Shown in pieces: positions 1 to 13,045 of a stretch of DNA of 64,000 nucleotides. The position numbers and the translations under genes were made by a program. The stretch's first letter is position 1. Every line of letters begins with the position of its first letter. Under the pieces are notes generated by a model. That model made no database searches and was not told the DNA's origin. It worked only from the letters and a program-made list of their open reading frames with translations. Source of the stretch: Octopus vulgaris (lineage: Eukaryota); the NCBI GenBank assembly GCA_951406725.2, contig OX597829.1:19406001-19470000 (forward strand), read 5' to 3'.

Positions 1-204
1 TTATTTCAAGTCTAGATACAAAGTGAAAAAAAAAATTATTGTTAAAAAAATTATTGTTAAATAAATTTGATCTGACTTTATAAATTAATAAAGTATATAT
101 TTAATCTCAATAAATTGAAAGTTAAGTATCAACATCCTTTTGAGTTTATTACATACTTTACATTCACTCACAAAATCCAGTTGTAAAAAATACAGCATTA
201 ATTC

Positions 205-660
205 AGGAATGAAAGATAGATGAATGTCGAGGGGGTTTGGCCACATGAAGAGGATGGATGAGGAGTGGATGGTAAGGATAGTGATGAAGGCAGAAGTGGT
301 AGGCAGCAGAACCAGAGGCAGACATCGGTTTGTGTGGATGGATGGAGTGAGGAAAGCCTTGGTGGTTAGAGGTGTTGGAGTGAGAGAAGCGAGAGAGTTT
401 ATTAATGATAGGAAAGCTTGGAGAGTGTTTGTGGACAGATGAGTAAATTTGATGTTGCTCAAAGGGGTACGGAACCAGCATGATGTGGCAGGAGTAAACC
501 AGCTGAAGTTGTCGGGCTCCATTGCTGATATTGGGGGTTGCTTTCTCTGCCTTGACCCGAGCATAGGACAGGGCTCACCTCTTTGAGATGGGAAATGAAT
601 TAAATGTCTCGTATGTGTCTTGTGGCTACCCCCTCTTCTGGGGGAAAAGGCCTTGGTAAA
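205..660 (+). mobile_element. RTE-clade LINE 3' fragment (ORF C-terminus plus 3' UTR)
   Basis: ORF 224-442 reads FGHMKRMDEE..VMKAEVVGSRTRGRHRFVWMDGV..DRKAWR, matching the RTE C-terminal pattern WFGHV.R..G.R.RGRP..W.D..DR..WR. Confidence 0.8.
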
Positions 661-2031
661 TAAAAACGTATTCTATCACACCAGATTTTTAAATCTGGAA
701 TTTATGGATGCTTGGAAACTAAATGTTACCCATTTTTCGAAAGTAATATTCAGATAAGTTGTATCTATGTCCAAAGATTGTATTGTGCAAAGTTGTTTAC
801 TATCTTACATATAGATCAAAACTATACAGTAAAAAAAAAGATAAAAATGGAACCAATAAAATGATAAAATGTTTCAGTTTATATATTGCTACATACTTCT
901 GTTTGCATGTATATACACTGCAGCAAGAACAAACTTCTTAAAACTTTATTTGTTCCAACCTGCTTATAGTAGGTAATAACACAAAAGAATTTCATCCAGT
1001 CAATATGTTGCCTAATATGTGAAAACTGTTTAATATAAAAATGTTAATTAAAATCTTATAGGGAAATTTTTCCTATTATTTTATTTAACAATTAACATTT
1101 TATTAAGCTATATATATGGTATAATAATAAAAAAATTACTACAACCGAAATGTCCGATGTTCAAAACACCCAAAAATTGCTCAAGAAATGCATAAAAATA
1201 AAATGCTGGGAGTTTCAAAAAATATCCTCACTTAATAGTTGTTCTGTAACAAGTGATAAAACTGAGTATGTACGTCATCAAAATCAAGTTGGGCTAGAAA
1301 TAAAAAGAGCAATTATGTGTCAATTTTATACAACAGGTGCACTCTTACAGCCAAAGATGGAACTGTTTCAATAGACACATTTTACAAAAACTCAACAAAA
1401 ATAATTTTTATTTGAAAGTTTCCAGAAGAAATATTTACAAACAGAGACATAATTCTGTCCATGACAATTGTTAAGACAAGAGACCAAGACAAGCTAAATG
1501 TGCAAGATGTAATGACAAAGTAACACAGAATCTCAATTTATCAAAACTGAAAAATTCATAGTCTGTTTTGGAGTGGTAGTGGTGAATGGGGGAATAAATT
1601 CTTACTAGACCAAAACAAGTAAATGATTTGAAATAGTTTGTCATAGTGTGTTTTTATTTCTCACCAACATCATTAAAAATAGTCAGTTAACTTATTAAGC
1701 TAGCATTGTTGGAAGCAAGACATTTATTTACAAAAGGAATGAGTCATTTACAAAAAAGTAAGAAAGTTTTCAAGGGAAAAATTGATGAATGCAGGTAAAT
1801 ATGTGATTGTTCTAGAAGAGTCAAACAATTAAGATATAAGCTGCAATATGCTTAACATACAATCTCTGACCTTCGAAACCATTTTGAAAACAAAATAAAG
1901 TTAGTGTATGGTATAAGATTTACTTATTTTTAAGTATTATTGGTTTTTATAATGCAGGATTGTTAATTTTTGTATTTTCTATTATTGCTAGTTTCAGTTT
2001 AAATTACTGCACTTTTCTCGAACGATTTACC

Positions 2032-2253
2032 TTCACCCTTTCAACATTTAAACTGGCCATATCCAGCCCAAACATTCTCTTTGTTTTATGATCACAGCCA
2101 AATCTTGTTTCTCACACCTACCCTATAATGTCATTCTAAACATAAACAACCACATCATCAAAATCTTGAAGCTACAAAATAATGCATAATTAGTTTAAAA
2201 CAATGTGAATGAGTCTTACATCTGACAGAAAAATCTGAATACTAAAGGGTTAA
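2032..2253 (+). mobile_element. piggyBac-like MITE, family E
   Basis: Ends ttcaccctt...aagggttaa (TTAA plus CCCT-type termini); body shared with 13812-14039 and 57775-57997. Confidence 0.75.
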
Positions 2254-2279
2254 AGAAAAGCCCACACTTATAGATGTGT

Positions 2280-2638
2280 ACATGGTTGCTCTTCAACTAC
2301 ATGGTTCTAAGTTTAGTCCTATTGCATGGCACCTTGGACAAGTGTCTTCTATACTATCACCTAAGGTTGACCAATGCGTTAAGAGTGGATTTGGTAGACG
2401 GAAACTGAAAAAAGCCTGTCATGTATATATGTGTATGTCTGTCTGTCCCCTCACCATTGCTTGACAACTGATGGTGTGTTTACATCCCCATAACTTAGCA
2501 GTTCAGGAAAAGAGACCAATAGAATAAGTCCTAGGCTTACAAAGGACAAGTCCTGGAGTTGATTACATTGACTAAAACCCTTTAAGGTGGTGCTCCAGTA
2601 TGGCCACAGTCAAATGACTGCAACGTATAAAAGAATAA
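2280..2638 (+). mobile_element. SINE family A copy
   Basis: Shared blocks ggcaccttggacaagtgtcttcta, gagtggatttggtagacggaaactgaaa and gtgctccag.atggccacagtcaaatgactg, seen in more than 10 copies in the window. Confidence 0.85.
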
Positions 2639-2699
2639 CAGAATATGTGTGTGTGTGTGTCTGTCTGTCTGTCTGTCTGTCATTTTGTGATATTTCATT

Positions 2700-3425
2700 G
2701 CCCCAAAATAGTGGTACACAGATGAATCAAGTACTTTGGATTGAAAAAAGTGTACGAGGGAAAAAATCAAGATGCCAATGGTTAGAAGTGTATATAGAAT
2801 GATAATATCACACTTAGCAGTAATGAAAAGAAGGCAGCCTAAGTGATATGATGAGTTGTTGAGTGAAGAGAATGCATGGAAGAAAAAGGGTCTACTGTAA
2901 GTAAAACTCACAAGGAACTAGCCATCCAATTTGTCAACAGTGTAGTTCACAAGTGCAATTAAAGAAATATAGGAAGTTGATCCATGGGGGAGAGTTGTTG
3001 AATGTTTAAAATATCTGTCAAAATAGGGCACATGCTAGTCATTCACACAACCAATTAGATAGAACAGGAAAGTATCATACCCAATGACTGGCATAGCAGC
3101 AGGATTGTTGACTGCTATAAGGGTGAAAGAGATGCATTAGAGAGACAGTGACAATTATAGAGGCATCAAATTATTGGACTAGTCCAAGAAAATCATGGTA
3201 ATACTGACACAGCATAAACTTAGATGAAATGATGTTTAGATTTGTATCAGCAAGATGTACTACCAATGCCATCTTCCAAGTGCAGAGGTACTTCACTACG
3301 AATATGCTCCTATACTTAGCATTCATCATTTTGAGACAGCCTTTGACAGTGTACCTGGCTCTTGTAATTTGATGGTTACCAAGGAACTAAGTGTAGATTA
3401 CAACCTGTCCAACTTGGTCCAGATG
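2700..3425 (+). mobile_element. Decayed RTE LINE reverse-transcriptase fragment
   Basis: Broken frames give IPNDW, CYKG..DALER, NYRGIKLL, LDEM, TT.AIF and AFDSVP motifs. Confidence 0.75.
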
Positions 3426-3782
3426 ACCACATATAAGTGGCCGTTAGAAGGAGTCTGCATATTAATGAATTGAAATGTCAACTTGGCTAGTAGACATGTG
3501 TAGATTGCCAATGAAGTTGTAGTTTCATGCATTTTAATTTACATATTAAAATACTTCTTTTTTGTAATTCCAAGTTTCCAGCATACAGAGTCTGTTTTGA
3601 AAGAGAGGGAGACAATTTCCAGATAGATGCAATGCTGTTTTTGATCTAATTCCAGCCCAACATGGATAAATTTTTCACCTTGACAAAATGCCAAAATAAT
3701 TTCCTTAGAAATACAGATATAAAACTGGCAGTTACCACTTCTGTCCTGGAAGTTTAATATATTTTTCTGGATTAAAATTTTA

Positions 3783-4075
3783 TCATCATAATCGTCATTT
3801 AATGTTCATTTTTCATGCTGATATGGGTTGGACGGTTAGAGTGAAAGGGACAAGACAAAGGCCTGCACCAGGTTCCAGTCATCTATCCTGGTCTGGTTTC
3901 TACAGCTTGATGTCCTGTCTAATGCCAACCACTTTACAGAGTGTACCAAGTGTTTATAATGTGGCATTGACATGGGTGCTTATTATGTAACACTGGTACG
4001 AGCACCTTTTTATGACACCAACATGATTGTTTTTTCACATGGTACCAGCACCTGTGAGTCACCAGTAGGACAAGG
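3783..4075 (-). mobile_element. Family B repeat (RTE-type tail ending in (GAT)n)
   Basis: Reverse complement of the ccaacccatg..agcatggaaaa..acattaaatgatgatg tail. Confidence 0.75.
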
Positions 4076-5221
4076 AAGCTCAGGAGGATGAACAATGGCT
4101 ATGGGGTTAAAAAGTCAGTTTCACAACTACTATAGTTCAATATTCTATGAGTGGAATTAGAATGTGGAAGATCATTACATATATGTATACAAATGTTATT
4201 TACACTTCTTCACATGAGAACATCTAAGCAAAAACAAAAAGCTGATAACATTTGATATATACCCTGTAAACGATTTATCTTGTAGTCATTTGGTGGAATA
4301 AAAAAAAAAAACAGTCCGCTACTTGAAAATGAATAATGATTGGTGACTGTAAGAAGTCAGTTATAAAATATTGCTTCAAATAAATATTTACTCAACTCAC
4401 ACCAGTACAGAAAAACAAACTTATGAAATATAAATATGAAATGTTCCCACAGGGCAACTTGAAGGTTATGGATTAAATCTGTGGCTGGTGCAAGGTTCCA
4501 GTCAGACTGAAGGTGATGTGATGGTGGAATAGTGAGGTAGACAGAGACAAATGCTCTGTTTCATTCACCTTGCGTCTTGAAGGTATGTGCTGGTGCCTCA
4601 TCACATTCAGTTTTCTCTTTACCCCAGCTCCACCCAATTTAGACCCAGCCTTGTATAATGCAGAGTAACCATGAAGAGTCTTCACGACAACAAACCTTTT
4701 TACCATACTTTAACCTTTCAACTCCTTACCTAAAGCCACTTCCTTCTCTGCATCTCTATCAAGATATTTTAGTATTGCAAGTTACAGGGTAACCTCATAA
4801 TTTCTGATGCCATAGAAAAGCAGTCGACGTTAGGAAAGCATCAAGCCATGGAAACTAGGTCAAAACTAAGATGCTAAAGTAGATATGGTCATCCGACTTG
4901 TTGGAGCTTGCCAAATCATTCAAACCATGCCAGCATAGAAAGCAGATGTGAAATAATGACGTGTACATATACACACACGCACACACATGTGAAGGCACAA
5001 GAACTAGTAGTTAGAGTGTTGGACTCACAAATCATTAACACATGGTTTCAATCCCAAGACTGGGCAACATGTAGTTCATTTCCCATTACTCCACTCATGT
5101 ATGAATGAATACAAATAGTAGCAGGTAGTGTCTTATTCTCAATTGTTTATGTGCCGTGGAAACTGGAATAAGGTGAGCACAATGAATTCGTAAGGTAATG
5201 ACAGACCCAAGACACACACAC

Positions 5222-5263
<42 letters not shown>

Positions 5264-6049
5264 TACACATACAAAAGTTGTGATGTTTACAAAGTAAATA
5301 TGCCTGCAAACAATATCGTGTTTCTCTACATAACAGGAAGACCTGCGTATTGAAAATGAAGCATTTACTTCAAAAACGGGTTATGGGTCGGTGACAAGAA
5401 AGGCATCTGGCTGTAAACTACTACCTCGATAAATCTTCACCCGACCCATACCTGCACAGAAAAGCAGACATAAACAAATGAACAAATGACACAAACACAC
5501 ATACACTGCCTTGCCTCCTTGATGGAATTGTAGAGACATCAGTGCAACATGCATAAGGTCATTATTTTAGAGACAAAGGCCAGTCCCTCACCAGGTCTTA
5601 CCATAATTGATTTCTTTCAGAAGAGAGAAAGACTGAGCAAGGGGAATAAAAAAAGAATCACCTTAGTAGAGGGTTGCTACTTTGATCACAGTGAAATTTG
5701 AACTGAAAGTCCAGGGACCTGGAATGACTTAACAACTGCCAGTTGGCCACTAACACCTGTGTACATCATACACAAACGCACACTTGTATATATGTATATA
5801 CATTTGTATGAATACGCATGGTCTAATTGTTTTCATGTAAGTAGCTATATACATAAGCTTATTTATATGCAGGCCAATCACTGATAGCAAATAAAATTCA
5901 AACTTCCGCATTATCAGGTGACATTTTTAATGTTTTGTGGGCCAAAAGTTTTCCTCTAGAAATTTCATGCAACTTTCTAACTAAACCAGTTTGACAAGTA
6001 CCTTGGCACAAAACTTGAGTCTCTGAAGCAGCTTTAATATGTGTGTGTA

Positions 6050-6082
<33 letters not shown>

Positions 6083-6209
6083 TATACATACATACGCACA
6101 CACTAATATATCTGTGAATGTCCATATATACTATTGATACATGGATATGCTATTCTCAACCATAATTTGGTGTCATTATTAAAACACACACACCTATAAA
6201 TATATGTGA

Positions 6210-6246
<37 letters not shown>

Positions 6247-6684
6247 CATACTGTAGCTGATGACAATGTAGATTTAAAAGAAGGAGGGCATTTTATGTAA
6301 ACAGATAACTCTGAGAACTATTTACATAAACTAAAAATATGTGTTATGCTTCTGACATGATACAATATCCCCATGCTACCATTTCAATAGCAATACCTTC
6401 AGCCAGTTTTTCTAAAATTTTCATGGTAATATGGGGGTTATCTCCTGGGTCAAAATTAGCAGTAGCTTATCTTTTAAATTCAAAATTGATAAAACATTAA
6501 CTTGCTAATATCTTTTTTGTATCACACACACACACAGAGACAAACAAATGAAAAAAATAACATCCAACACATTTAGTTCGAGTCACATGTAATTAATAAC
6601 TGTTTGACGCAGTTGCACATGACTTAGATTTGGTCGAACTGTTATATATGTATGTATGTGTATATATATATATGTATGTATGTA

Positions 6685-6743
<59 letters not shown>

Positions 6744-7372
6744 ACATTTGTGTAATTATATATATAGTTCAAAACAGTTTGATTTGGGATCAGTGTAACT
6801 TAAAGTTTCAAAGCCCCTAACGGGGACCTTTCTTCAGGCCAGTGGAAATCGAAATGAATGAGGGGGTGTAAGAAGTCCAAAATGGCTACCAGCACAGAGG
6901 CTGCAATTGGTCAAAGAAGATCAAGTGATGACACAGTTTTTGTAAGCAAGTGACAGCAGATATTTGAGAAAAGGAGTTTGGCCACATGGTTGGACAGGAA
7001 ATTGGTGGCACCAGTGCTTTTGGGTGAGGGTTAAAAGAGCATGTGCGCATAAGAGCTTGTATGCGCATGTGTGTGTAGATGAGAGATTGTGGGTGCATGT
7101 GTGCAGAACACCCCTGCCAGAAACAGGAATAAGGATTCCTGTTTCTATATACAGGGCGCACATGCAAAAGCAACCACATATCAACACACACACATACACT
7201 AATGTGGGCAAAAAGCTCATGATGTATTTAAGAGCTCGTTGTTTGCCTACCAGATGTTATCCTATAGTAGCATTTATTCCAGGACTGGATACACACTGGA
7301 GCTCCTCTCATTATCTTCCATCCTCATGATATATCATTCTTAAATACATACATACAAATATATATATATATA

Positions 7373-7570
7373 TCGGGAAGGTTTACGAAAATAAACAAAA
7401 GACGAAGGCAGGTGGAGTACAAACAAACAAATGTATTGGTATGGCGCTCAGGAATAGAAATAGAACAAGTCTTTTACGTTTCGAGCCTACACTCTTCGAC
7501 CGAAAGATACACAGAAAAGAAACAAGGAGAGAAACAAAGGCGTGTAGGAGCTAACGATCTATCATGGCGT
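7373..7570. mobile_element. Probable Penelope-like terminal repeat with a hammerhead-like motif
   Basis: CpG-rich block starting directly after (TA)n; minimal hammerhead-like fold on the minus strand at 7469-7508; decayed inverted counterpart near 7790-7910. Family assignment is inference. Confidence 0.45.
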
Positions 7571-8235
7571 CCTACACAAACAACAAAACAATATAACAGA
7601 TGTATATACATCGGCTAGTACTTAGTACTTAAAACACTACACACATATGCAAACAAACAATTCACCTCCCTCACACATCTCCTGACTTAGAATACAAATC
7701 TTGGGCAACTTACTTAGTCACTCAATGGCCACCATATAAACTAACCAACACTATTTGGCCAGGATTTTTCTCTTTAGTTATTTCTACCTTCCTTTCTCTT
7801 TCCATTTTACATCCATATTCTGAAGAAACATTGAACACATTCTTCTCATTTTTCCGAGCGCCAACTTTAATAATTCTGATTGTAAATTTACCTTGTCTTT
7901 TTGTCCTTACCCCTCAACCTCTCTATATACACACATACATCAATACAGTCACAGAAGGACAAAGTACATAAACAGATTTTGTGACGAAAATCAAGAAAAT
8001 ACAAGATAGCTTACATCAGACTATGGACATTCAAAGCTACATTTTTTCAAAAGATTAATATAATAATCATCGTTATCTTCCTTCTTATAATTGTCATCAT
8101 AGTCATTGTTTATGTCATTATTGTTAGCTTCAATACGGTCTTACTAATGTCTATATTCCATACTGACAATGGTTGGAAAGGTCTGCTACAAAATCATCAT
8201 CATTATCACCATTATTATTATTATTGAGTGAGAAA

Positions 8236-8368
8236 GGTGGCAAGCTGGCAGACTCGTTAGCACACTGGGATAAATGCTTAGCAGTATTTCGCCTGGCGTT
8301 ACGTTCTGAGTTTAAATTCCACTAAGGTTGACTTTGCCTTTCATCCTTTTGGGGTTGATAAATTAGGT
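8236..8368 (+). mobile_element. SINE family C copy (tRNA-like head)
   Basis: gctggcaga..cgttagc A-box-like, gagtttaaattcc B-box-like, then gactttgcctttcatccttt.ggggt.gataaa; a second decayed copy follows at ~8395-8590. Confidence 0.8.
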
Positions 8369-8734
8369 CACTTCCAATAGTATTATTATTATTAAGCCAG
8401 CAAACTGGCAGAATTAATAGTGTTAGAAAAAATGCTTTGCAACATTTGTTCCAGTTCTTTACATTGTAAGTTCAAATCCAGCCGAGTTCAATATTGCATT
8501 TTGCCCTTTCAGAGATTGATAAAATAAAGCATGAGTAAAGCAGTATCAATCTTTCAGAACTGGCTAACTCTGCACCTAAACCAGAAATAATAATAATAAT
8601 TATTATTATTATTACTACTGACCAATAACTCTATGATATGCTGTTTCAAATATGGTTCCTCCAACAAGATGTCAGGAACATTGACAAGATAAATGAAAAT
8701 ATGCAAACACATGCTAAATATCGGTAACAACTGT

Positions 8735-9035
8735 TTGGTACAGTTATTTGATGAAACCTCTTAATTTAGTAATGGAAATTGGTGCAGTGTCTAAATTTTA
8801 TGCAGTTACTTGGTGCAACATTTTAATTGGTTTCAGTGTCTTAATTTGGACCAGTGTTTCATTTTGGTACAACACATCTCGTTTAGTTCATTTTTAATGT
8901 TGGAACTCAAAAGTAGATAAAGCTATAAATAATGGCATTGCTTAGTATCTTCATTTAGTTCAGGCAGTTGTTTGCTGCAATATTTCAATTAAGTATAGTG
9001 TCTCATTTGTTCAGTTACTTGGTGCAATGTTTCAG
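8735..9035. repeat. Degenerate short-period tandem repeat
   Basis: Recurring ttggtgca(g/a) / cagtgtct / cagttacttggtgcaa units. Confidence 0.45.
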
Positions 9036-9122
9036 CATGTTATTAACTACCCTCACTTTCTTTTTTCACTTTTGGTGTGATGGTGAATAATTTTGCATTT
9101 TCTTAATTTTCCTCACTCTCAT

Positions 9123-9164
<42 letters not shown>

Positions 9165-9414
9165 ACACGTCTGTGTGTGTGTAGGTGTGGAAGAATGAGT
9201 GAGAGACAGAGAAAACTCACATCTTCCTGTAGACGACTGAAAAGGAAGCAGATATCCCTTCCTCTCAAAGCATTAGACATTTAATCATCTGTTCATAGAT
9301 ATCTTTAACAAAGAAAACTTTGGTTAATTACTTCTTGATCAATCACAATACATATGTGCTGTAATCTTGTAAAATTGCATTAAAATTTAAAAACAGCTTT
9401 TGTTCTTCAGATAC

Positions 9415-9725
9415 ATGGAATAGCTGTGTGGTTAAGCCTGCTTCCCAACCACATAGCTCCATGTTGAGCAGCACTGTGGGCAAGTGTCTTCTATTATAAC
9501 CCTAGGTCAACCAAAGCCTTGCGAGTGAATTTGGTAGGCAATCATTTACAAACACACACAATTATATCTGTGTGTGTGTATTTGTGTTCCTGTAACTTAG
9601 TGGCACAGAGGAAGAGACTGATAGAATAAAAGATGTATTGGGATTGATTTCTCAACTTAACCATTCAAGGCAGTGCTCCAGCATGGCCACAGCCCAATGA
9701 ATGAAACCCGTAAACGATAAATAAA
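9415..9725 (+). mobile_element. SINE family A copy
   Basis: gctgtgtggttaag head, gggcaagtgtcttcta core, gtgctccagcatggccacag tail. Confidence 0.8.
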
Positions 9726-10369
9726 TTAAAGTATAACATACAGCAAAGGTTGAATCAAGGATAAGATTAATGATGACTTGTGTTTGTATGAATATTTGCA
9801 TGTGTGTGTGTGTCTATCCCAGTATGTCATAAAAGAACTAAAAGGAGTGATGTCAGGAAAGGCATTTGGTTGTAAAACACTTCCTCCAAAAAAGTTCCAT
9901 CCAACCCATGACAGCATGGAAAAGCAGACACAAAAACAATGATGACAATGGACAAACTAAACAATTGAAAAACAAAATAGATCCAAACACCACCAGAAAG
10001 CAGGATGTGCTAAGCTGTTTTGTAATTAGGTATAATTATTTTAGCTATGGAAAATTGAAGATGTCTAAAGTAAGGTTTTATAGAAATTTGATGATATCCA
10101 AGAATAGACAAGCTAAAAAAAAAAAAAAGATAAAAGTAGAAAGCAAGTCTTGTATTGTAATTCTATGGTATAACTATTTCTGCTGTAGAAATTAAAAAAC
10201 AGGTCTGGTCAATGAATCAATTTAGTGTGTGTGTATATGAACACATGTTTAATCCATCCTTACTAGTCCATAGTTCTATATTCTTTTTGTCAGACTAATG
10301 ATTATGGATTAAAAACTCATCATTGAGTTTTGTATTCTAAAGTGTCCAGATAGCTTTGAACTTGTCCAC

Positions 10370-10520
10370 CCCATTGTGAGGTGGCTTGGTATTAGGAAGG
10401 GCGCCAGCTGTAAAAACAGCTAAAACAGACACTGAAGCCTGTGCAGTCCTCTGCCTAACCAGCTCCTGACAAACTGTTCAACCCATGCTGGTGTGGAAAG
10501 TGGATGTTAAATGATGAGGA
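10370..10520 (+). mobile_element. Family B repeat
   Basis: ttaggaagggc..ccagctgta ... caacccatgctgg..tggaaagtggatgttaaatgatga. Confidence 0.75.
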
Positions 10521-11346
10521 AATATATATATATTGGTTGTGACTTGAAGATTTGGCTGCTATTTCTAGCAGAGTGATCAAAATTTGATAGAGAACAAGAA
10601 AAAGTTTTCTCTTTCCTTCTTACTTAATTTTCTTTCATACTGTTATGTAAAAAGAAAAAAATTAGTTTGTAATCATGTTCATAACATGAAAGAGCTTTTT
10701 CTTCACTATTTCCTGGATTTCATTTATACATACATAGGTAAGAATACGTTTCTTTCCATAATTAGCTGAACACTGAAAGTAGTTTTTATAGAAGGTAAGC
10801 TCCCTGCACGACATGGTCTATTCATTGAATTGTATGACCCAATTTCAGACTCCAGCTAAAGCCATTTCAACTTATACTCATGGTGTCAAACAAAAGGGAA
10901 GGAAGTTGAGGTAGACAACAAATAATTTTAAGTCAATAATCTTGTATTCAACATTCCAAAGTCTGAAGTAAGAAAAGTACCATAAATACAAAATTCCTGA
11001 AAGCACTGGGAAAGGTTTAAAAAAAAGAAAAAGAAAAAAATGGTGAATTTTGTATGTGAGCATAAAACTAACATGTAAATAGTGAAAGCTGGGTGTAGCT
11101 GTGCTTTGTGTGGCTGACATACTTAAGATTTGCTTTGATGAAAAGCAAAACATTTCCAAAGTTAAACTGTTTGTTACATGTCATGCAAAACTGGACTAAC
11201 ATCAGATTTATGTAAAATTACTTTCACACTCTATGTATAAGCTGTATTATGAGATATAAATAAATATTTATTTAGACCATGCCCTTATGCTTAAATTGCA
11301 TTCTATAAATGCAAATATAGAATAAGTCAGAAGATAGTATGTAAAA

Positions 11347-11386
<40 letters not shown>

Positions 11387-11883
11387 AGACATATATATGT
11401 TAAAATATGCATGCATGTGCACACACACGCAGACTATCAGAGTTTTCCAAAACTGCCTGCATGCCAAATATATAGAAGCATTTTACTTTTGAACTTAAAT
11501 GATTAATTTCATGAGCCAAAGAAAAAACCCAACAAGCATGCAAAAGTTATTCAATAGTTATAAAGTTAGATTTTTTTCCGTTCAGAAAGAAAAATATTTT
11601 TAAAAACTTCTAAACATAATTGCAATCTACACCTTAAAAAAAGCCTCCCAAAAAGTAACACTAAAAAACGGTCTTTAAAAAAATTTGCCTTATTAAGAAA
11701 GCTATGAGGAAACCAAGCCGGTGGGGTGGGGTGGGGTGCAAATAAACTGCAGGTATATCCCAATATGTATTGCTGGAAATCTTAATTAAAAAGTATGCAT
11801 TATCAAGAAAGCTATGACAAAATGAAGTTAGTGAAAACACTAAGTTACTGTCATGACATGTATATGTATTGTCTGTGTGTGTG

Positions 11884-12095
11884 TGAAGGCATGTGACTTA
11901 GTGATTAGTGTGTTGCACTCACAATCACTAGATTGTGGGTTCGATCCTGGACTGGGTGCTGTGTTGTGTTTTTGAGCAAAAACACTATTTCATATTGCTC
12001 TGCAGGTGGGAGAGTGACAGAATTGTTGACATTCCAGCAGAAATGCTCCATAGTATACTTTCCAGCTCTTTACATTCTGAGTTCAAATCCCACCT
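11884..12095 (+). mobile_element. Truncated SINE D head followed by a truncated SINE C
   Basis: gaaggcatgtg..tagtg..ggttcgatcc..gtgttgtgtttttgagcaa, then gacagaattgtt..acattctgagttcaaatcc. Confidence 0.65.
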
Positions 12096-12137
12096 GTCAG
12101 GAGAAGGCAATGGGGAAGCCATTCTAGTATTCATCTG

Positions 12138-12500
12138 AAATCTAGTCATGGTATTTTCCAAGTTCTTGTAATGTATTTATCTGTGGTAGGGTGTGGCAGA
12201 TTGCATAGTGGATGCTGTAGATTCACATGCACAAGACCTGTCCAAGGGCAGCTCACCGCTAGACATACATACATATATACACACATACATACATTTTTGT
12301 TTTCTTTTTGGAAGGCACATCCCAAATCTAGTCATGGTATTTTCCAAGTTCTTGTAATCTACGTAACTGTGGCAGGCTATGGCAGGTTGCATAGTGGGTG
12401 CTGTAGGTTCACATGCACAGGACCTCTCAAGGGCAGACCACCGCTAGACATACATACATATACACAAACACACACTTTTTTTCTTTTTGGAAACCACATA
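12138..12500. repeat. Two-copy tandem duplication, ~186 bp period
   Basis: aaatctagtcatggtattttccaagttcttgtaat occurs at 12138 and 12324; similarity continues through each unit. Confidence 0.9.
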
Positions 12501-12709
12501 TAACTTAATAGTATGTTAATATTAGGTTGAAAAACTTTTGGACAGAAAAAAAAAAACAAAGTGTGTCCATACAACTCAAACCCACACCTTTATCATTTAC
12601 AACTGCAAAGATATACTATTCAAATGAAAAATTAAAATTTAATGTTCTTTCAAAAAAACTTATAAATTCTTATGATGTCAGCAGAATATATGTGTGTGTA
12701 TAATATAGT

Positions 12710-13045
12710 GAAGGTGCATGGTTCAGTGGCTAGAGCATTGGGCTCACAATCACGAGATAATGAGTATGATTCCCAGACCAGGCTATGTGTCATGTTCTTG
12801 AGCAAGACTCTTTATTTCACATTGTTCCAGTTCACTCAGCTGTAGAAATGTGATGCAACATCACTGGTGCCAAGCTGTATCGGCCTTTGCCTTTCTTTTG
12901 GATAACATTGGTGGTAGGAAGAGTGGAGGCCTGTATGTATGGGCGACTGCTGGTCTTCCATAAACAACCTTGTCCGGACTTGTGCCTTGGAGAGGAACTT
13001 TTTAGGTGCAATCCCATAGTCATTCATGAGTGAAAAGGGTCCTCT
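12710..13045 (+). mobile_element. SINE family D, near full length
   Basis: tRNA-like head tggttcagtggctagagc..gattcccag, then ttcttgagcaagac core and ggtgcaatccca..gtcattcatga tail; also at 25340, 59678, 62878 and 63228. Confidence 0.85.

Noticed and set aside
85-564. 159-aa minus-strand ORF
   Set aside because: Antisense shadow of the RTE fragment on the plus strand.
12710-12785. tRNA-like sequences at SINE heads (also 26392, 51328, 63228)
   Set aside because: A/B-box-like motifs continue into SINE bodies and no full cloverleaf is evident; not tRNA genes.
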